Source: Escherichia coli (GTDB lineage Bacteria > Pseudomonadota > Gammaproteobacteria > Enterobacterales > Enterobacteriaceae). Taken from it: 58,632 nt of DNA. The stretch lies in assembly GCF_003334765.1 (NCBI RefSeq), contig NZ_QOWT01000025.1; one strand, given 5' to 3'. A program made the position numbers and the translations under genes. The notes below the pieces were generated by a model, which saw only the letters and a list, made by a program, of their open reading frames with translations, searched no databases and was not told the DNA's origin. Of this stretch, positions 11,716 through 22,352 are shown piece by piece. The stretch's first letter is position 1. Each line of letters opens with the position of its first letter.

Positions 11716-11785
11716 ACAAACGGAATTGCAAACTTACACACGCATCACTGCGTAGATCAAAAAAACAACCACCGCACGAGGTTTC

Positions 11786-13159
11786 ATGATGGAAGGTCAA
11801 CAGCACGGCGAGCAGCTAAAGCGCGGCCTTAAAAACCGCCATATTCAGCTTATCGCGCTGGGTGGCGCGATAGGGACCGGGTTATTCCTGGGTAGCGCCT
11901 CCGTAATACAGTCCGCAGGGCCAGGGATTATCCTGGGTTACGCCATTGCTGGTTTTATCGCCTTTCTGATCATGCGTCAGCTGGGTGAAATGGTGGTCGA
12001 AGAACCTGTCGCAGGCTCCTTTAGCCACTTTGCTTATAAATACTGGGGCAGTTTTGCCGGTTTCGCCTCTGGCTGGAACTACTGGGTACTGTACGTTTTA
12101 GTTGCCATGGCTGAGCTGACTGCCGTGGGTAAATACATTCAGTTCTGGTATCCGGAAATCCCCACCTGGGTTTCTGCCGCCGTATTCTTTGTGGTGATTA
12201 ACGCCATCAACCTGACCAACGTTAAAGTGTTTGGCGAGATGGAGTTCTGGTTTGCCATTATCAAAGTTATCGCGGTGGTAGCGATGATCATCTTCGGCGG
12301 CTGGCTGCTATTCAGTGGCAACGGCGGCCCGCAGGCGACCGTTAGCAACCTGTGGGATCAGGGTGGTTTCCTGCCGCACGGCTTCACCGGGCTGGTGATG
12401 ATGATGGCGATTATCATGTTCTCGTTCGGTGGTCTGGAACTGGTGGGGATCACCGCAGCAGAAGCTGATAACCCGGAGCAAAGTATACCGAAAGCAACTA
12501 ACCAGGTTATCTACCGCATCCTGATTTTCTATATTGGTTCGTTAGCCGTTCTGCTCTCACTGATGCCGTGGACCCGCGTTACCGCCGATACCAGTCCGTT
12601 TGTGCTGATCTTCCACGAGTTAGGCGATACCTTTGTGGCGAATGCGCTGAACATCGTGGTACTGACTGCGGCGCTCTCCGTGTACAACAGCTGCGTATAT
12701 TGCAACAGCCGTATGCTGTTTGGTCTGGCACAACAGGGTAATGCGCCAAAAGCGCTGGCGTCTGTCGATAAACGTGGTGTACCAGTAAATACCATTCTGG
12801 TGTCTGCACTGGTAACGGCGTTGTGCGTACTGATTAACTACCTTGCCCCAGAGTCCGCTTTCGGACTGTTAATGGCGCTGGTGGTATCTGCACTGGTAAT
12901 CAACTGGGCGATGATTAGCCTGGCGCATATGAAATTCCGTCGCGCCAAGCAGGAACAAGGCGTGGTAACTCGCTTCCCTGCTCTGCTTTATCCGCTGGGT
13001 AACTGGATCTGCCTGCTGTTTATGGCGGCGGTACTGGTGATTATGCTGATGACCCCAGGAATGGCGATTTCGGTATACCTGATCCCGGTATGGCTGATCG
13101 TGTTAGGTATCGGCTATCTGTTTAAAGAGAAAACCGCCAAAGCCGTAAAAGCGCATTAA
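11786..13159 (+). CDS. aroP: Aromatic amino acid:H+ symporter, 457 aa
   Basis: ORF track 11786..13159 (457 aa, MMEGQQHGEQLKRGLKNRHIQLIALGGAIGTGLFLG..., multi-pass APC-family permease). Confidence 0.95.
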   Translation: MMEGQQHGEQLKRGLKNRHIQLIALGGAIGTGLFLGSASVIQSAGPGIILGYAIAGFIAFLIMRQLGEMVVEEPVAGSFSHFAYKYWGSFAGFASGWNYWVLYVLVAMAELTAVGKYIQFWYPEIPTWVSAAVFFVVINAINLTNVKVFGEMEFWFAIIKVIAVVAMIIFGGWLLFSGNGGPQATVSNLWDQGGFLPHGFTGLVMMMAIIMFSFGGLELVGITAAEADNPEQSIPKATNQVIYRILIFYIGSLAVLLSLMPWTRVTADTSPFVLIFHELGDTFVANALNIVVLTAALSVYNSCVYCNSRMLFGLAQQGNAPKALASVDKRGVPVNTILVSALVTALCVLINYLAPESAFGLLMALVVSALVINWAMISLAHMKFRRAKQEQGVVTRFPALLYPLGNWICLLFMAAVLVIMLMTPGMAISVYLIPVWLIVLGIGYLFKEKTAKAVKAH

Positions 13160-13168
13160 TCTCTCTAC

Positions 13169-13193
13169 GCCCTCACCCGTACAGGGTGAGGGC
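13169..13193. terminator. Inverted repeat / probable terminator hairpin between convergent aroP and ampE
   Basis: GCCCTCACCC-gtaca-GGGTGAGGGC perfect 10-bp stem in the 42-bp gap; flanking U-tracts are weak, so function is inferred. Confidence 0.45.
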
Positions 13194-13201
13194 AATAATC
13201 T

Positions 13202-14056
13202 TTACACCAACGCCCCGTAAATCGTCAGTAGTGCAATCACCACCACGACTACGAACGAGGTTTTCTTCGCCATTGAAACCGCTGCCTTCGGCGTCTCCAC
13301 CTTATCGACATGCGGTTCACGCGCCAGAGAGAACTGCGCCAGACGCGTTAACACCTGATACTGCGAAGTATGGAAATCACCCAGCGAAGCAAACCAGGCC
13401 GGTAACGCTTTCTCACCATGACCGATCAAGGCATATACCACACCCGCAAGACGAACCGGCACCCAATCCAGTACATGAAGCACGGCATCAATGCCGGACT
13501 GTAAACGATGATGCGGCGTCTGATATCGCGCCAGCCAGTATTGCCATGCACGCAAAAACGCATACCCCATCAGCGTAACGGGTCCCCAGGTTCCCCCCAC
13601 AATCAGCCAGAACAGCGGTGCAAGATAAAAACGAAAGTTAATCCACAGCAATGCATTTTGCAGCTCACGCAAATACTCACGTTCGTCGCAGCCTGCCGGG
13701 ACGCCGTGAATCATGGTGAGTTCGCCAGCCATCGTGGCACGGGCATGGCTATCATTACGTGAAGCAGCTGTCAGATAAGCATGATAATGAAGACGAACTT
13801 TACCTGCGCCAATACACAGCAAACCAATCAGCAGCCACACCAGTAGCGTGGGAACGTTGAACAATACTCCCTGCAATGCGCGTAACAGTAAAAAAGTCAC
13901 GCCCATCGCAATAATGGTCATGCCTAACGTGCGCCCGAGAGAAAAATGTTTCACCCGCCGAAAGAACGCTTCAAGACGATGATCAAGCTGCCAGTGCTCG
14001 CCCAACTTAAACAGGCGCTCGAAAATTAACACCAGTAAGGTTGTAAATAGCGTCAT
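13202..14056 (-). CDS. ampE: Inner-membrane protein AmpE, 284 aa
   Basis: ORF track 13202..14095; known AmpE N-terminus [23 protein letters not shown] starts 13 codons inside, at an ATG overlapping the ampD stop (ATGA at 14053-14056). Confidence 0.9.
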
Positions 14057-14604
14057 GTTGTCTCCTTGCTGACCAGCACACGAAACCGTGCCCAATCAAA
14101 TGCAGGACCGGGATCGGTTTTCCGATCCGGCGCAATATCACAATGGCCCGTCATGTTTTTAGCGATATCCGGATAGCAATCAATCAGTGCCCGCGTAACC
14201 GCCGCAAGCTGTTGATACTGCGCATCGGTATACGCCAGCGTATCGGTGCCTTCAAGCTCAATCCCAATAGAAAAATCATTGCAGCGTTCGCGCCCCTGAT
14301 ACTGAGAGACTCCCGCATGCCATGCACGTTTATCGAAAGGAACATACTGGACTATTTCACCATCACGGCGAATCAAACAGTGAGCGGAGACGCGCAAATG
14401 GGCGATCTCAGCAAAGAAAGGATGTGCCTGCGGATCAATAGTTCCAGTGAATAATGCGTCGATCCACGGACCGCCAAACTCGCCTGGCGGCAGGCTAATA
14501 TTGTGCACCACCAGCAGGGTGGGTGTTTCGTCATCCGGGCGGCAATCGTAATGTGGTGAGGGAACGCGGCGCGCGCCAACCAGCCACCCCTGTTCTAACA
14601 ACAT
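14053..14604 (-). CDS. ampD: 1,6-anhydro-N-acetylmuramyl-L-alanine amidase, 183 aa
   Basis: ORF track 14053..14604 (183 aa, [45 protein letters not shown]...). Confidence 0.95.
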
Positions 14605-14631
14605 GCAGGATCTCCTTATATGTGGTGCTAA

Positions 14632-15585
<954 letters not shown>

Positions 15586-15787
15586 TAGTTGACAGATTTA
15601 TCCGCTCCATCGCGGGCGGATAATCTCCCCTTCCCCAACTTTCTTCGTAACGCCTCGCAAATTTCTTATCTTTCGCTGCAACGAAATAAAAAACCTCGGA
15701 ATCTGCTTTCCCGTTTCGTTTTTTGCCCCTCGCCTGTGCTGATGGCGTTTGCCAAAGTAGCGCCAACCAAATCAAGGAGCGAAACAG

Positions 15788-16228
15788 ATGGACAAGCAAC
15801 GCGGTTTTACACTTATCGAACTGATGGTGGTTATTGGCATCATTGCCATTTTAAGCGCCATTGGTATTCCCGCTTATCAAAACTACCTGCGCAAAGCCGC
15901 ACTCACCGACATGCTACAAACCTTTGTGCCTTACCGTACCGCCGTAGAGTTGTGCGCGCTGGAACATGGTGGATTAGATACCTGCGACGGTGGCAGCAAT
16001 GGCATTCCCTCGCCTACCACCACCCGCTATGTTTCAGCCATGAGTGTGGCAAAGGGCGTGGTGTCGCTGACCGGGCAAGAAAGTCTCAATGGGCTAAGCG
16101 TCGTCATGACACCGGGTTGGGATAACGCAAACGGCGTCACCGGCTGGACGCGCAACTGCAATATTCAAAGTGACAGCGCATTGCAGCAAGCCTGCGAAGA
16201 TGTCTTCCGCTTTGATGACGCCAACTAA
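15788..16228 (+). CDS. ppdD: Prepilin peptidase-dependent type IV pilin PpdD, 146 aa
   Basis: ORF track 15788..16228 (MDKQRGFTLIELMVVIGIIAILSAIGIPAYQNY..., class III prepilin signal GFTLIE). Confidence 0.93.
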   Translation: MDKQRGFTLIELMVVIGIIAILSAIGIPAYQNYLRKAALTDMLQTFVPYRTAVELCALEHGGLDTCDGGSNGIPSPTTTRYVSAMSVAKGVVSLTGQESLNGLSVVMTPGWDNANGVTGWTRNCNIQSDSALQQACEDVFRFDDAN

Positions 16229-16237
16229 GGAGCGGCA

Positions 16238-17623
16238 ATGAATATTCCACAGCTCACTGCCCTGTGTCTGCGTTATCATGGAGTCTTGCTGGATGCCAGC
16301 GAAGAGGTGGTTCATGTTGCGGTAGTCGATGCACCTTCGCATGAGCTACTGGACGCATTGCATTTCGCTACCACCAAACGTATTGAGATCACCTGCTGGA
16401 CGCGCCAACAAATGGAAGGTCACGCCAGTCGCACACAACAGACATTGCCCGTAGCTGTTCAGGAGAAGCATCAGCCCAAAGCAGAGTTGCTAACTCGAAC
16501 GTTACAATCTGCGCTGGAACAACGCGCGTCTGATATTCATATCGAACCAGCGGACAATGCCTACCGCATCCGCTTGCGTATCGACGGCGTATTGCATCCT
16601 TTACCGGATGTTTCACCGGATGCCGGAGTCGCATTAACCGCCAGATTAAAAGTGCTGGGAAACCTGGATATTGCGGAACATCGCCTGCCGCAGGACGGGC
16701 AATTCACTGTCGAACTGGCAGGAAACGCCGTCTCATTTCGTATTGCGACCTTACCATGTCGGGGTGGTGAAAAGGTGGTATTAAGGTTGTTACAGCAGGT
16801 GGGTCAGGCACTGGATGTCAACACGCTTGGAATGCAGCCGTTACAACTGGCGGACTTTGCTCATGCCTTGCAACAACCACAGGGACTGGTGCTGGTAACT
16901 GGCCCTACCGGCAGCGGCAAAACGGTCACGCTTTATAGTGCCCTGCAAAAGCTGAATACCGCTGACATTAATATTTGTAGCGTCGAAGATCCAGTTGAGA
17001 TCCCCATAGCCGGACTAAACCAGACGCAAATCCATCCGCGTGCCGGACTCACCTTTCAGGGCGTTTTGCGTGCGTTATTGCGCCAGGATCCTGACGTCAT
17101 CATGATCGGAGAGATCCGCGATGGCGAAACAGCAGAGATCGCTATTAAAGCGGCGCAAACTGGTCACCTGGTGTTGTCTACCCTACACACTAATTCCACC
17201 TGCGAAACGCTGGTACGTTTACAGCAAATGGGGGTCGCCCGCTGGATGCTATCATCGGCGCTTACGCTGGTAATAGCCCAGCGTCTGGTACGCAAACTTT
17301 GCCCACATTGTCGCCGGCAGCAAGGGGAGCCCATCCACATTCCAGACAATGTATGGCCATCGCCGCTGCCCCACTGGCAGGCACCCGGTTGTGTACATTG
17401 CTACCACGGTTTTTATGGTCGTACGGCCTTATTTGAAGTTCTGCCCATAACGCCGGTCATTCGTCAGCTTATTTCCGCTAATACCGACGTTGAATCGCTG
17501 GAAACGCACGCACGACAGGCGGGTATGCGTACGCTTTTTGAAAACGGCTGCCTGGCCGTAGAGCAAGGCTTAACCACCTTTGAAGAGTTAATCCGCGTAC
17601 TGGGGATGCCGCATGGCGAGTAA
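16238..17623 (+). CDS. hofB: Type IV pilus assembly ATPase (GspE/PilB family), 461 aa
   Basis: ORF track 16238..17623; Walker A GPTGSGKT and C-terminal CxxC...CxxC tetracysteine motif are present. Confidence 0.93.
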   Translation: MNIPQLTALCLRYHGVLLDASEEVVHVAVVDAPSHELLDALHFATTKRIEITCWTRQQMEGHASRTQQTLPVAVQEKHQPKAELLTRTLQSALEQRASDIHIEPADNAYRIRLRIDGVLHPLPDVSPDAGVALTARLKVLGNLDIAEHRLPQDGQFTVELAGNAVSFRIATLPCRGGEKVVLRLLQQVGQALDVNTLGMQPLQLADFAHALQQPQGLVLVTGPTGSGKTVTLYSALQKLNTADINICSVEDPVEIPIAGLNQTQIHPRAGLTFQGVLRALLRQDPDVIMIGEIRDGETAEIAIKAAQTGHLVLSTLHTNSTCETLVRLQQMGVARWMLSSALTLVIAQRLVRKLCPHCRRQQGEPIHIPDNVWPSPLPHWQAPGCVHCYHGFYGRTALFEVLPITPVIRQLISANTDVESLETHARQAGMRTLFENGCLAVEQGLTTFEELIRVLGMPHGE

Positions 17624-18815
17624 GCAACTCTGGCGCTGGCATGGCATAACCGGCGACGGCAATGCGCAAGATGGGATGCTATGGGCAGAGAGCCGTACTT
17701 TACTGCTTATGGCACTACAGCAACAGATGGTTACCCCACTAAGCCTGAAGCGAATCGCCATCAATTCTGCGCAGTGGCGAGGAGATAAAAGCGCGGAAGT
17801 CATTCATCAACTGGCGACGCTACTCAAAGCAGGGTTAACGCTTTCTGAAGGGCTGGCTCTGCTGGCGGAACAGCATCCCAGTAAGCAATGGCAAGCGTTG
17901 CTGCAATCGCTGGCGCACGATCTCGAACAGGGCATTGCTTTTTCCAATGCCTTATTACCCTGGTCAGAGGTATTTCCGCCGCTCTATCAGGCGATGATCC
18001 GCACGGGTGAACTGACCGGTAAGCTGGATGAATGCTGCTTTGAACTGGCGCGTCAGCAAAAAGCCCAGCGTCAGTTGACCGACAAAGTGAAATCAGCGTT
18101 ACGTTATCCCATCATCATTTTAGCGATGGCAATCATGGTGGTTGTGGCAATGCTGCATTTTGTTCTGCCGGAGTTTGCCGCTATCTATAAGACCTTCAAC
18201 ACCCCACTACCGGCACTAACGCAGGGGATCATGACGCTGGCAGACTTTAGTGGCGAATGGAGCTGGCTGCTGGTGTTGTTCGGCTTTCTGCTGGCGATAG
18301 CCAATAAGTTGCTGATGCGCCGACCGACCTGGCTTATAGTGCGGCAGAAATTGCTGTTACGCATCCCGATTATGGGTTCACTGATGCGGGGACAAAAACT
18401 CACGCAGATCTTTACGATTCTGGCGCTGACACAAAGTGCAGGCATTACTTTTTTACAGGGCGTAGAGAGCGTCAGAGAAACAATGCGCTGCCCGTACTGG
18501 GTGCAACTTCTGACACAAATCCAGCACGATATCAGTAACGGTCAACCCATCTGGCTGGCGCTAAAAAATACCGGTGAGTTTAGCCCGCTCTGTTTGCAAT
18601 TAGTGAGAACAGGAGAGGCATCCGGCTCTCTGGATCTCATGTTAGACAACCTCGCCCATCATCATCGGGAAAACACAATGGCGCTGGCGGATAACCTCGC
18701 AGCCTTACTGGAACCGGCGTTGCTGATCATAACGGGAGGAATTATTGGTACGCTGGTGGTGGCAATGTATCTGCCAATTTTCCATTTAGGCGATGCGATG
18801 AGTGGGATGGGATAA
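17613..18815 (+). CDS. hofC: Type IV pilus inner-membrane platform protein (GspF/PilC family), 400 aa
   Basis: ORF track 17613..18815 (400 aa); overlaps the hofB 3' end by 11 nt. Confidence 0.93.
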   Translation: MASKQLWRWHGITGDGNAQDGMLWAESRTLLLMALQQQMVTPLSLKRIAINSAQWRGDKSAEVIHQLATLLKAGLTLSEGLALLAEQHPSKQWQALLQSLAHDLEQGIAFSNALLPWSEVFPPLYQAMIRTGELTGKLDECCFELARQQKAQRQLTDKVKSALRYPIIILAMAIMVVVAMLHFVLPEFAAIYKTFNTPLPALTQGIMTLADFSGEWSWLLVLFGFLLAIANKLLMRRPTWLIVRQKLLLRIPIMGSLMRGQKLTQIFTILALTQSAGITFLQGVESVRETMRCPYWVQLLTQIQHDISNGQPIWLALKNTGEFSPLCLQLVRTGEASGSLDLMLDNLAHHHRENTMALADNLAALLEPALLIITGGIIGTLVVAMYLPIFHLGDAMSGMG

Positions 18816-18843
18816 CGCTGGCGTGTTGCTCCACGCCAGCGTT
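18814..18843. terminator. Perfect inverted repeat between convergent hofC and guaC (probable bidirectional terminator)
   Basis: AACGCTGGCGTG-ttgctc-CACGCCAGCGTT (12-bp perfect stem) overlapping the hofC stop; no strong U-tract. Confidence 0.5.
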
Positions 18844-18849
18844 GGGAGA

Positions 18850-19893
18850 TTACAGGTTGTTGAAGATGCGGTTTTCTTGTTCCTGCACACGAATAAACGT
18901 GGTGCGCTTGGTCAGCTCTTTCAGGCGTGAAGCCCCAACGTATGTACAAGCTGAACGCAGGCCGCCCAAAATATCTCGCGCGGTATTTTCAACCGGGCCT
19001 CGCAGCGGCAGCTTAACGGTTTTACCTTCTGCTGCGCGATATTCCGCAACGCCGCCAACGTGACGTTTCATCGCAGACTCGGAGCTCATGCCGTAGAACA
19101 GCATAAATTTCTCGCCGTTCTCCTCAACGATGCGACCGCCGCTCTCTTCGTGGCCCGCCAGCATGCCGCCAAGCATGACGAAATCGGCACCGCCGCCAAA
19201 GGCTTTCGCCACATCGCCCGGCGTGGTGCAGCCACCATCGCTGACGATCATTCCGCCCAGACCGTGCGCAGCATCGGCACATTCGATTACCGCAGAAAGT
19301 TGCGGATAACCGACGCCTGTTTTGACGCGAGTTGTACAAACAGAACCTGGGCCAATGCCAACTTTAACGATATCGGCACCTGAGAGGATAAGCTCCTCAC
19401 ACATTTCACCAGTCACTACGTTACCAGCACAAATGGTTTTGGTCGGCCACGCTTCACGCGCTTTCGCAACGAACTGCACGAAGTGTTCGGAATAACCATT
19501 CGCCACGTCAATACAAACGAAGTTTAATGCCGGGTTCAGGTCGAGAATCTGTTTAGTTTTTTCGAAATCCGCATCAGACGTACCGGTAGAAACCATCACA
19601 TGTTTCAGCACATCAGCGGAAGAATTGTTGATAAACGCTTGCCACTCTTCGACAGAATAGTGTTTATGCACAGCAGTCAAAATATCAAAAGAAGCCAGCG
19701 CAGAGGCCATAGAAAATGTGCCTACGGTGTCCATATTTGCGGCGATAATCGGCACGCCGGACCAGCTCTGACCTGAATGTTTGAAGGTGAATTGACGTTC
19801 CAGTTCAACATCGGAACGGCTTTTAAGAGTGGAGCGTTTAGGGCGGATGAGAACGTCTTTAAAACCTAACTTCAGATCTTCTTCAATACGCAT
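18850..19893 (-). CDS. guaC: GMP reductase, 347 aa
   Basis: ORF track 18850..19893 ([40 protein letters not shown]...). Confidence 0.96.
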
Positions 19894-20117
19894 GTGCGGA
19901 TTCCTGGGGTTAATGGCTATAAGGGTAAGAGCGCAACTCCAGTGACGCTATCATACGCACTAATCAATGCGGCGCAAGACTGCGAAATTGTCTTTTTTTA
20001 CGCTACAATCCCATAAATTTACCTGGTAAATAGTGAGCGAACGTTTCATCAATTTCGCTTTCGTGCACTCATTTTTAACGTTTTGATAATCATGATGAAT
20101 TCCCGGGAATATAAATT

Positions 20118-20738
20118 ATGAGGTATATAGTTGCCTTAACGGGAGGCATTGGCAGTGGCAAGAGTACCGTTGCCAATGCGTTTGCTGATCTCGGAATTAA
20201 CGTCATTGATGCCGATATTATTGCGCGTCAGGTGGTTGAACCAGGTGCACCTGCGCTACATGCCATTGCTGATCACTTTGGCGCTAACATGATTGCTGCT
20301 GATGGAACATTGCAGCGCCGGGCCTTGCGCGAGCGGATCTTCGCCAACCCGGAAGAGAAAAACTGGCTTAACGCCCTGCTGCATCCGCTGATTCAGCAAG
20401 AGACGCAACACCAGATCCAGCAAGCTACTTCCCCCTATGTACTGTGGGTTGTGCCATTGCTGGTAGAAAACTCACTGTATAAAAAAGCGAATCGAGTGCT
20501 TGTGGTGGATGTCAGCCCAGAAACGCAACTTAAGCGCACCATGCAGCGCGATGATGTAACTCGCGAGCATGTCGAACAAATCCTTGCTGCTCAGGCAACG
20601 CGCGAAGCCCGCCTTGCCGTGGCAGATGACGTCATTGATAATAACGGCGCACCGGATGCTATCGCATCGGATGTTGCCCGCCTGCACGCACACTATTTGC
20701 AGCTTGCGTCGCAGTTTGTCTCACAGGAAAAACCGTAA
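20118..20738 (+). CDS. coaE: Dephospho-CoA kinase, 206 aa
   Basis: ORF track 20118..20738 ([33 protein letters not shown]..., P-loop). Confidence 0.95.
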
Positions 20739-21481
20739 TGCAGACCCAGGTCCTTTTTGAACATCCACTAAATGAAAAAATGCGTACATGGCTGCGCATT
20801 GAGTTTTTGATTCAGCAACTCACCGTTAATTTACCCATCGTTGACCACGCTGGCGCGCTGCATTTCTTCCGTAATGTCAGTGAATTACTGGATGTTTTCG
20901 AGCGCGGCGAAGTCCGCACTGAGCTGTTGAAAGAACTTGACCGGCAGCAACGTAAACTCCAGACCTGGATTGGCGTGCCTGGCGTGGACCAGAGCCGTAT
21001 TGAAGCATTAATTCAGCAGTTAAAAGCGGCGGGGAGCGTATTAATTTCCGCGCCGCGTATCGGGCAATTTCTGCGTGAAGATCGTTTGATTGCTCTGGTG
21101 CGTCAGCGACTGAGCATCCCAGGCGGCTGTTGCAGCTTTGATTTACCTACATTGCACATTTGGCTGCATCTACCCCAGGCGCAGCGCGACAGCCAGGTAG
21201 AAACCTGGATTGCCAGCCTGAACCCGCTCACCCAGGCACTTACCATGGTGCTGGATTTAATTCGCCAGTCGGCCCCCTTCCGTAAACAAACCAGCCTGAA
21301 TGGTTTTTATCAGGATAACGGTGGCGATGCCGACTTGCTGCGCCTGAATCTGTCGCTCGATTCACAGCTTTATCCGCAAATTTCCGGACATAAGAGCCGT
21401 TTTGCCATTCGTTTTATGCCGCTGGACACTGAAAACGGACAGGTACCGGAACGTCTGGATTTCGAACTGGCCTGTTGCTAA
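20738..21481 (+). CDS. zapD: Cell division protein ZapD (FtsZ-associated), 247 aa
   Basis: ORF track 20738..21481 ([28 protein letters not shown]...); start overlaps the coaE stop by 1 nt (TAATG). Confidence 0.93.
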
Positions 21482-21490
21482 GGAGTAAAA

Positions 21491-21688
21491 ATGTCAGAAA
21501 CTATTACGGTGAATTGCCCAACCTGCGGGAAAACGGTGGTGTGGGGTGAAATCAGCCCGTTTCGGCCATTTTGCTCCAAACGTTGTCAGCTGATCGACCT
21601 CGGAGAATGGGCTGCTGAAGAAAAACGAATCCCCAGCAGTGGCGATCTTTCCGAAAGCGATGACTGGAGCGAAGAACCAAAGCAGTGA
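21491..21688 (+). CDS. yacG: DNA gyrase inhibitor YacG, zinc-finger protein, 65 aa
   Basis: ORF track 21491..21688 ([40 protein letters not shown]..., C4 zinc ribbon). Confidence 0.9.
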
Positions 21689-21708
21689 CATTTGTCTGAT
21701 GCCGCACG

Positions 21709-21792
<84 letters not shown>

Positions 21793-21825
21793 AAAACAAA
21801 TTTATCAATGAGTTAGAAATCCCTT

Positions 21826-21908
21826 TAGGCCTGATAAGACGCGCCAGCGTCGCATCAGGCATCGTGTGCGAATGTCGGATGCGGCGAAAACGCCTTATCT
21901 GACCTACA
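21826..21908. repeat. REP/BIME-type palindromic unit, copy 2 (overlaps the mutT 3' end)
   Basis: Direct repeat of copy 1 with only a few substitutions/indels; its last 5 nt overlap the mutT stop region. Confidence 0.8.
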
Positions 21909-22293
21909 GACGTTTAAGCTTCGCAATTACCGGTTCATTGGCTGGCGGAAAATCATCGGCATTAAGACCGACCAGCGACATCCACTCACCGGGTTGCCCT
22001 TCTTTACCCCACGGCTCCCCTTCCCAGCGTTCGACCAGCCAAAACCACAGTGTTATATGCCTGTCCGGGAATTCATATTCCAGTTTTTCAAATAGCGAAA
22101 AATGTTGGGGGGTAATCCCGACTTCTTCCTGAAGTTCACGCACCACCGCCTGTTCCGGCGTTTCACCCATTTCAATTTTACCGCCGGGAAACTCCAGTTT
22201 ATTCGCCATGTGCGCATCTGCTGCGCGACGCGTTATAAAGATTTCATTGTTCTCGTTGCGAATAATACCTACCGCAATTTGCAGCTTTTTCAT
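21904..22293 (-). CDS. mutT: 8-oxo-dGTP diphosphatase (Nudix), 129 aa
   Basis: ORF track 21904..22293 (MKKLQIAVGIIRNENNEIFITRRAADAHMANKLEFPGGKIEMGETPEQAVVRELQEEVGI, Nudix box). Confidence 0.95.
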   Translation of the reverse strand: MKKLQIAVGIIRNENNEIFITRRAADAHMANKLEFPGGKIEMGETPEQAVVRELQEEVGITPQHFSLFEKLEYEFPDRHITLWFWLVERWEGEPWGKEGQPGEWMSLVGLNADDFPPANEPVIAKLKRL

Positions 22294-22305
22294 TGTCTTA
22301 AACCT

Positions 22306-22331
22306 ATAAAAAAGGCGCAGAATCCTGCGCC
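22306..22331 (-). terminator. Intrinsic terminator-like hairpin downstream of secA
   Basis: Stem GGCGCAG (22314-22320) / CTGCGCC (22325-22331), loop AATC; on the minus strand it is followed by UUUUUUAU (plus-strand A-run 22306-22313). Confidence 0.55.
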
Positions 22332-22352
22332 TTTTACTTCAACAGTTAGCTT

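Noticed and set aside
15598-15623. Inverted repeat TTATCCGC...GCGGATAA just after nadC
   Set aside because: Short stem and no U-tract on either strand; could be a weak terminator or protein-binding site, but the evidence is insufficient to call.
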